From Entomortierella parvispora E1425 (lineage: Eukaryota > Fungi > Mortierellomycota), in assembly GCA_020891255.1 (NCBI GenBank), contig BQFW01000006.1:1240001-1304000 (forward strand): a DNA stretch of 64,000 bases. Reading direction: 5' to 3'. Below, piece by piece: positions 61,237-64,000 of the stretch. The notes beneath the pieces are model-generated. The model was not told where the DNA came from. It worked only from the letters and a program-made list of their open reading frames with translations, and ran no database searches. Numbering within the stretch: position 1 is the stretch's first letter; every line of letters begins with the position of its first letter. Both the position numbers and the translations under genes were made by a program.

Positions 61237-62690
61237 TTTGGATAGAGCTCTATTGCAAGGTGAACGGAACAGATCTAATGTGGTTAGTCTTGGCGGGGGC
61301 ATCGAACCTGCAGATCCTTCTCAGAGATAACTTGTCGTGAGAACCTACGTGTTGTGGAGATGGGTGTGTGCGTGGTGAGAAGAAAAAAAAGAGTGGTGGG
61401 AATTGACCCCGCTTTTAAATCAAAAAATGGGCATCCCTTCAAGATGCAAAGACGCCGCGTTGGCGGTGAGAGCCAGAGCCAATTTAGTGTGACCCAATGA
61501 GTGCTTGACCACAAAGGGTCGACCGTTGAGTCGGAGAAAAATGACTGGAATAGGGTGCTGAACGTTCCGTGGTGCACAGCCCAACCCCAGGCACGCCGTG
61601 CAAAGGCGAACGAGGAAAACCAGCTTTGGATCCTTTATCCATCCTTTTGTCCTTGTTGACATGTCCGTACAGCCCATACTGCATCGCACCTTGCACCCCC
61701 AACATAGCTAGTACCGTACCTTGAGGGCACACCCTCTGTGGGGTTACGTTATTCGCATGAACGTTCCTCTCTTCTTTACACCCTGGCTCTCACGCATGGA
61801 CAACAGAGAGTCTGGAAGACCTAGGCGCGACACTAAGAGACGCCGCCTTTTTCGGTCAATAAAAAAAATGCGCTTATCAGTCACTGGGGCATCATCGCGA
61901 AGTCGGCGTGCAGCCGAAGGGGGCAGGAACTCTGACCCCTGTACCGAGCTTGCCTTCTCGATCCATGGGAATTCGATCGGCAAATCCAAGCAGCTCGGGT
62001 CACTCACTAGCACTGGAGTTGGCACAATACCTCCTCGATTGGTTGAATGGCGGCCCTGACGATCGACTTTGCTCTTTTTTTTTCTTCAACATGTCTCAAC
62101 TGAGCGTGAACAAAAGATCTGTCGACGTTGACGATTCAAGAGGCGATCGAGCTGATTGTAATGAATGAGGCAGTGCAGGCTCAACTGTTGAAAAAACACG
62201 TCGTCACGATATTTTGAAGTGCCGAGTCTGACCTACTAGCGTCTTATCGATGCACGGAGCTGATCTATTTCACTGTTTTTTCCATGCCTTCTCTTTGTAC
62301 ATTGCGGTTTCTCGGTAGCTACAGTTGGGATGGGGGCGACAGAGTGGAAAGTCGGCGAATGCCTGGACAAAGTTCGCTCGAAGAATCCACAGGAACGGCG
62401 AATCCGCCGCCCTCTTTTTTTTTTTTTGCTGATTTGCCGGTAAGAGTTGAGCACAAACCCTTTGTGATCCTTCCCAGGGCCCAATGAGCCTATGTGCCGC
62501 CTCTTTGCTATAAAGATGGGTCCTTCCCACCATCAAAAAGTCGCTCACCAGCTTCCTATTCATACACACGCGTGTAAGTTTGTTCCCACACTCTCTCACT
62601 CACACAATCATGTCGTCGGATCCGACCCTGGTATTATCTTTGACCCTCTAACGCCTCTTTTTTTCCATTGGGGTTTAGACAAAAAACAAC

Positions 62691-63041
62691 ATGCACAAAT
62701 CAATCGTCTTGCTCGCCCTCTTGGCCACTGGTGCTCTTGCCCAGGGAGACTACCATATGGATGTCTGGAACAAGGCTGGCCAAAGACTCCGCTTCTACGA
62801 TTTCAAGGGTCACAGATCTTGCTTCTGCCTCAAGAACACGCAAACTTCCAAGATCAAGAACGTGGATGTGGGTGATGCCAAGCTCTTTTCCACCAATGAC
62901 TGCACTGGAAACTTTGCCACCATTACCAAGGGAACGACCAAAGTGAACATGGAGTGGGTCAACAGTTTCTCCTTTGGTGATTCTGGCAAGCCCTCTGTGG
63001 TGGCCGACCCCCACTGCCCCAAGTACACTGCCTACGTTTAA
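62691..63041 (+). CDS. Small secreted protein (116 aa), paralog of 60901-61236
   Basis: Signal peptide MHKSIVLLALLATGALA, with the same Cys pattern and conserved blocks. Confidence 0.85.
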   Translation: MHKSIVLLALLATGALAQGDYHMDVWNKAGQRLRFYDFKGHRSCFCLKNTQTSKIKNVDVGDAKLFSTNDCTGNFATITKGTTKVNMEWVNSFSFGDSGKPSVVADPHCPKYTAYV

Positions 63042-63341
63042 CCAATAAACAGGAAGGCCATCCTTTGCCAAAAGTTCTTCGAGCCTGTGTTCAAAGAGCC
63101 AAGGCCTACCGCTTTTTATACCTCATTGTCAATTGTAATGCACCATTGTAGCTCTCTTGATCCCAGACGCCCATTACAGCAACGCGCCGTATAGGCAACC
63201 ACATACTGCGTCTGATGAAGCAACATTTTTATTTATTTATTATTATGTCTCTCGTCGCCATGAGAACACTGGTACCTGGAAACTTGAAAGTCAAGACAAA
63301 CGGATAATTTTTGATGTCTATGGTCATTGTATTGAATAGTA

Positions 63342-64000
63342 TCACCCTTCGACTAAATGGTCTTCACCGTCTTCGCCGTCGTCGCTGTCGTCGCTCGGGT
63401 GGTTGTCGTCGTCTTCGTTTCGGAGGCCGATGTTCTTGATATGGTACTCGAAATCGTAAGGGGACACATTCTCAAATTTTTGCTGCCAGCATCGGTACAC
63501 GTCTCCGGTTTCGAGTCCATCCGGGTGCTCGAGACAGATGTTGTGCAAAATCAAGCAGGTCATGATCCAGTCCAAGGCTCTATCCGTGTCATAGCTTTTG
63601 TTGATCTCCATGGGCAACCCTTGCAAGGAACTCCACTTCAGTCGGAGCCATCCAAGTGCGTAGACCATCATGTCGCGAGCCTCCTCATGCAGCGCATTGA
63701 ATTGAAGCTCATCGTCTGTGGCCTTCGATTCCTCATAGGGAGAGATGACGGTAGGGGTGATATCATACTCGATATCAGCCAACAAGAACTCTTCCTCGGC
63801 GAAATAGTCCCTTTTGTGAGTGTAAAGACGAGTGTTGCAATACGCCTTCCAGTCACCAACCGATCCTTTGTATCCCGTGGACGCAAATGTAAATCGACCC
63901 GTATGATCGCAGACGACTGTGCACCCCATCGCATGCCCATGTTTCTTGGTCTTCCATGCTGCAGTATCATAGGCAGGGGCTGATTCGAAAGAAAAGGCGG
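63342..64000 (-). CDS. Second PIF/Harbinger (DDE_Tnp_4)-like nuclease ORF, 5'-truncated by the window edge
   Basis: The frame is open to the edge: ...KTKKHGHAMGCTVVCDHTGRF...GYKGSVGD...YFAEEEFLLADIEY...FNALHEEARDMMVYALGWLRLKWSSL...WIMTCLILHNIC, then an acidic tail. Confidence 0.8.
   Translation of the reverse strand, partial: AFSFESAPAYDTAAWKTKKHGHAMGCTVVCDHTGRFTFASTGYKGSVGDWKAYCNTRLYTHKRDYFAEEEFLLADIEYDITPTVISPYEESKATDDELQFNALHEEARDMMVYALGWLRLKWSSLQGLPMEINKSYDTDRALDWIMTCLILHNICLEHPDGLETGDVYRCWQQKFENVSPYDFEYHIKNIGLRNEDDDNHPSDDSDDGEDGEDHLVEG

Noticed and set aside
237-63983. Numerous 60-200-aa ORFs antisense to or overlapping real genes, e.g. 243-836, 8606-9211, 63357-63983
   Set aside because: They are shadow frames of GC-balanced coding sequence or homopolymer translations, with no independent motifs.

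Overview
Intron-rich fungal genomic DNA. Gene content and intron style suggest an early-diverging fungus, probably Mortierellaceae (inference only). 1-22 kb is mostly housekeeping genes: U1-70K, AP-1 sigma, TTI2, a cyclophilin, MsrB, EGT1, an MFSD1-like transporter, an NHP6/HMGB protein and mitochondrial MCT1. 22-48 kb holds four paralogous FAD-dependent aromatic monooxygenases, two of them forming a ~7.2-kb inverted duplication that is near-identical inside and diverged at both ends. It also holds a predicted N-acylated SAM methyltransferase with micro-exons, an EMI1-like twin-CX9C gene, an ADH6-like dehydrogenase, a secreted M13 peptidase and a secreted aspartic protease. 48186-57422 is a complete Mutator-like element (MULE) with TIRs and a perfect 9-bp target-site duplication. 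I can splice one 1332-aa gene from it, fusing a Ulp1-like protease domain to a FAR1-DDE-SWIM transposase. It also carries a convergent gene pair resembling a PIF/Harbinger module: a trihelix/coiled-coil protein plus a full-length Harbinger nuclease with an altered DDE triad. 59-64 kb holds a fold-back array of ~280-bp repeats, a head-to-head pair of small secreted Cys-containing paralogs and a second Harbinger-like ORF cut by the window edge. Family assignments come from motif recognition and manual splicing; no searches were run.
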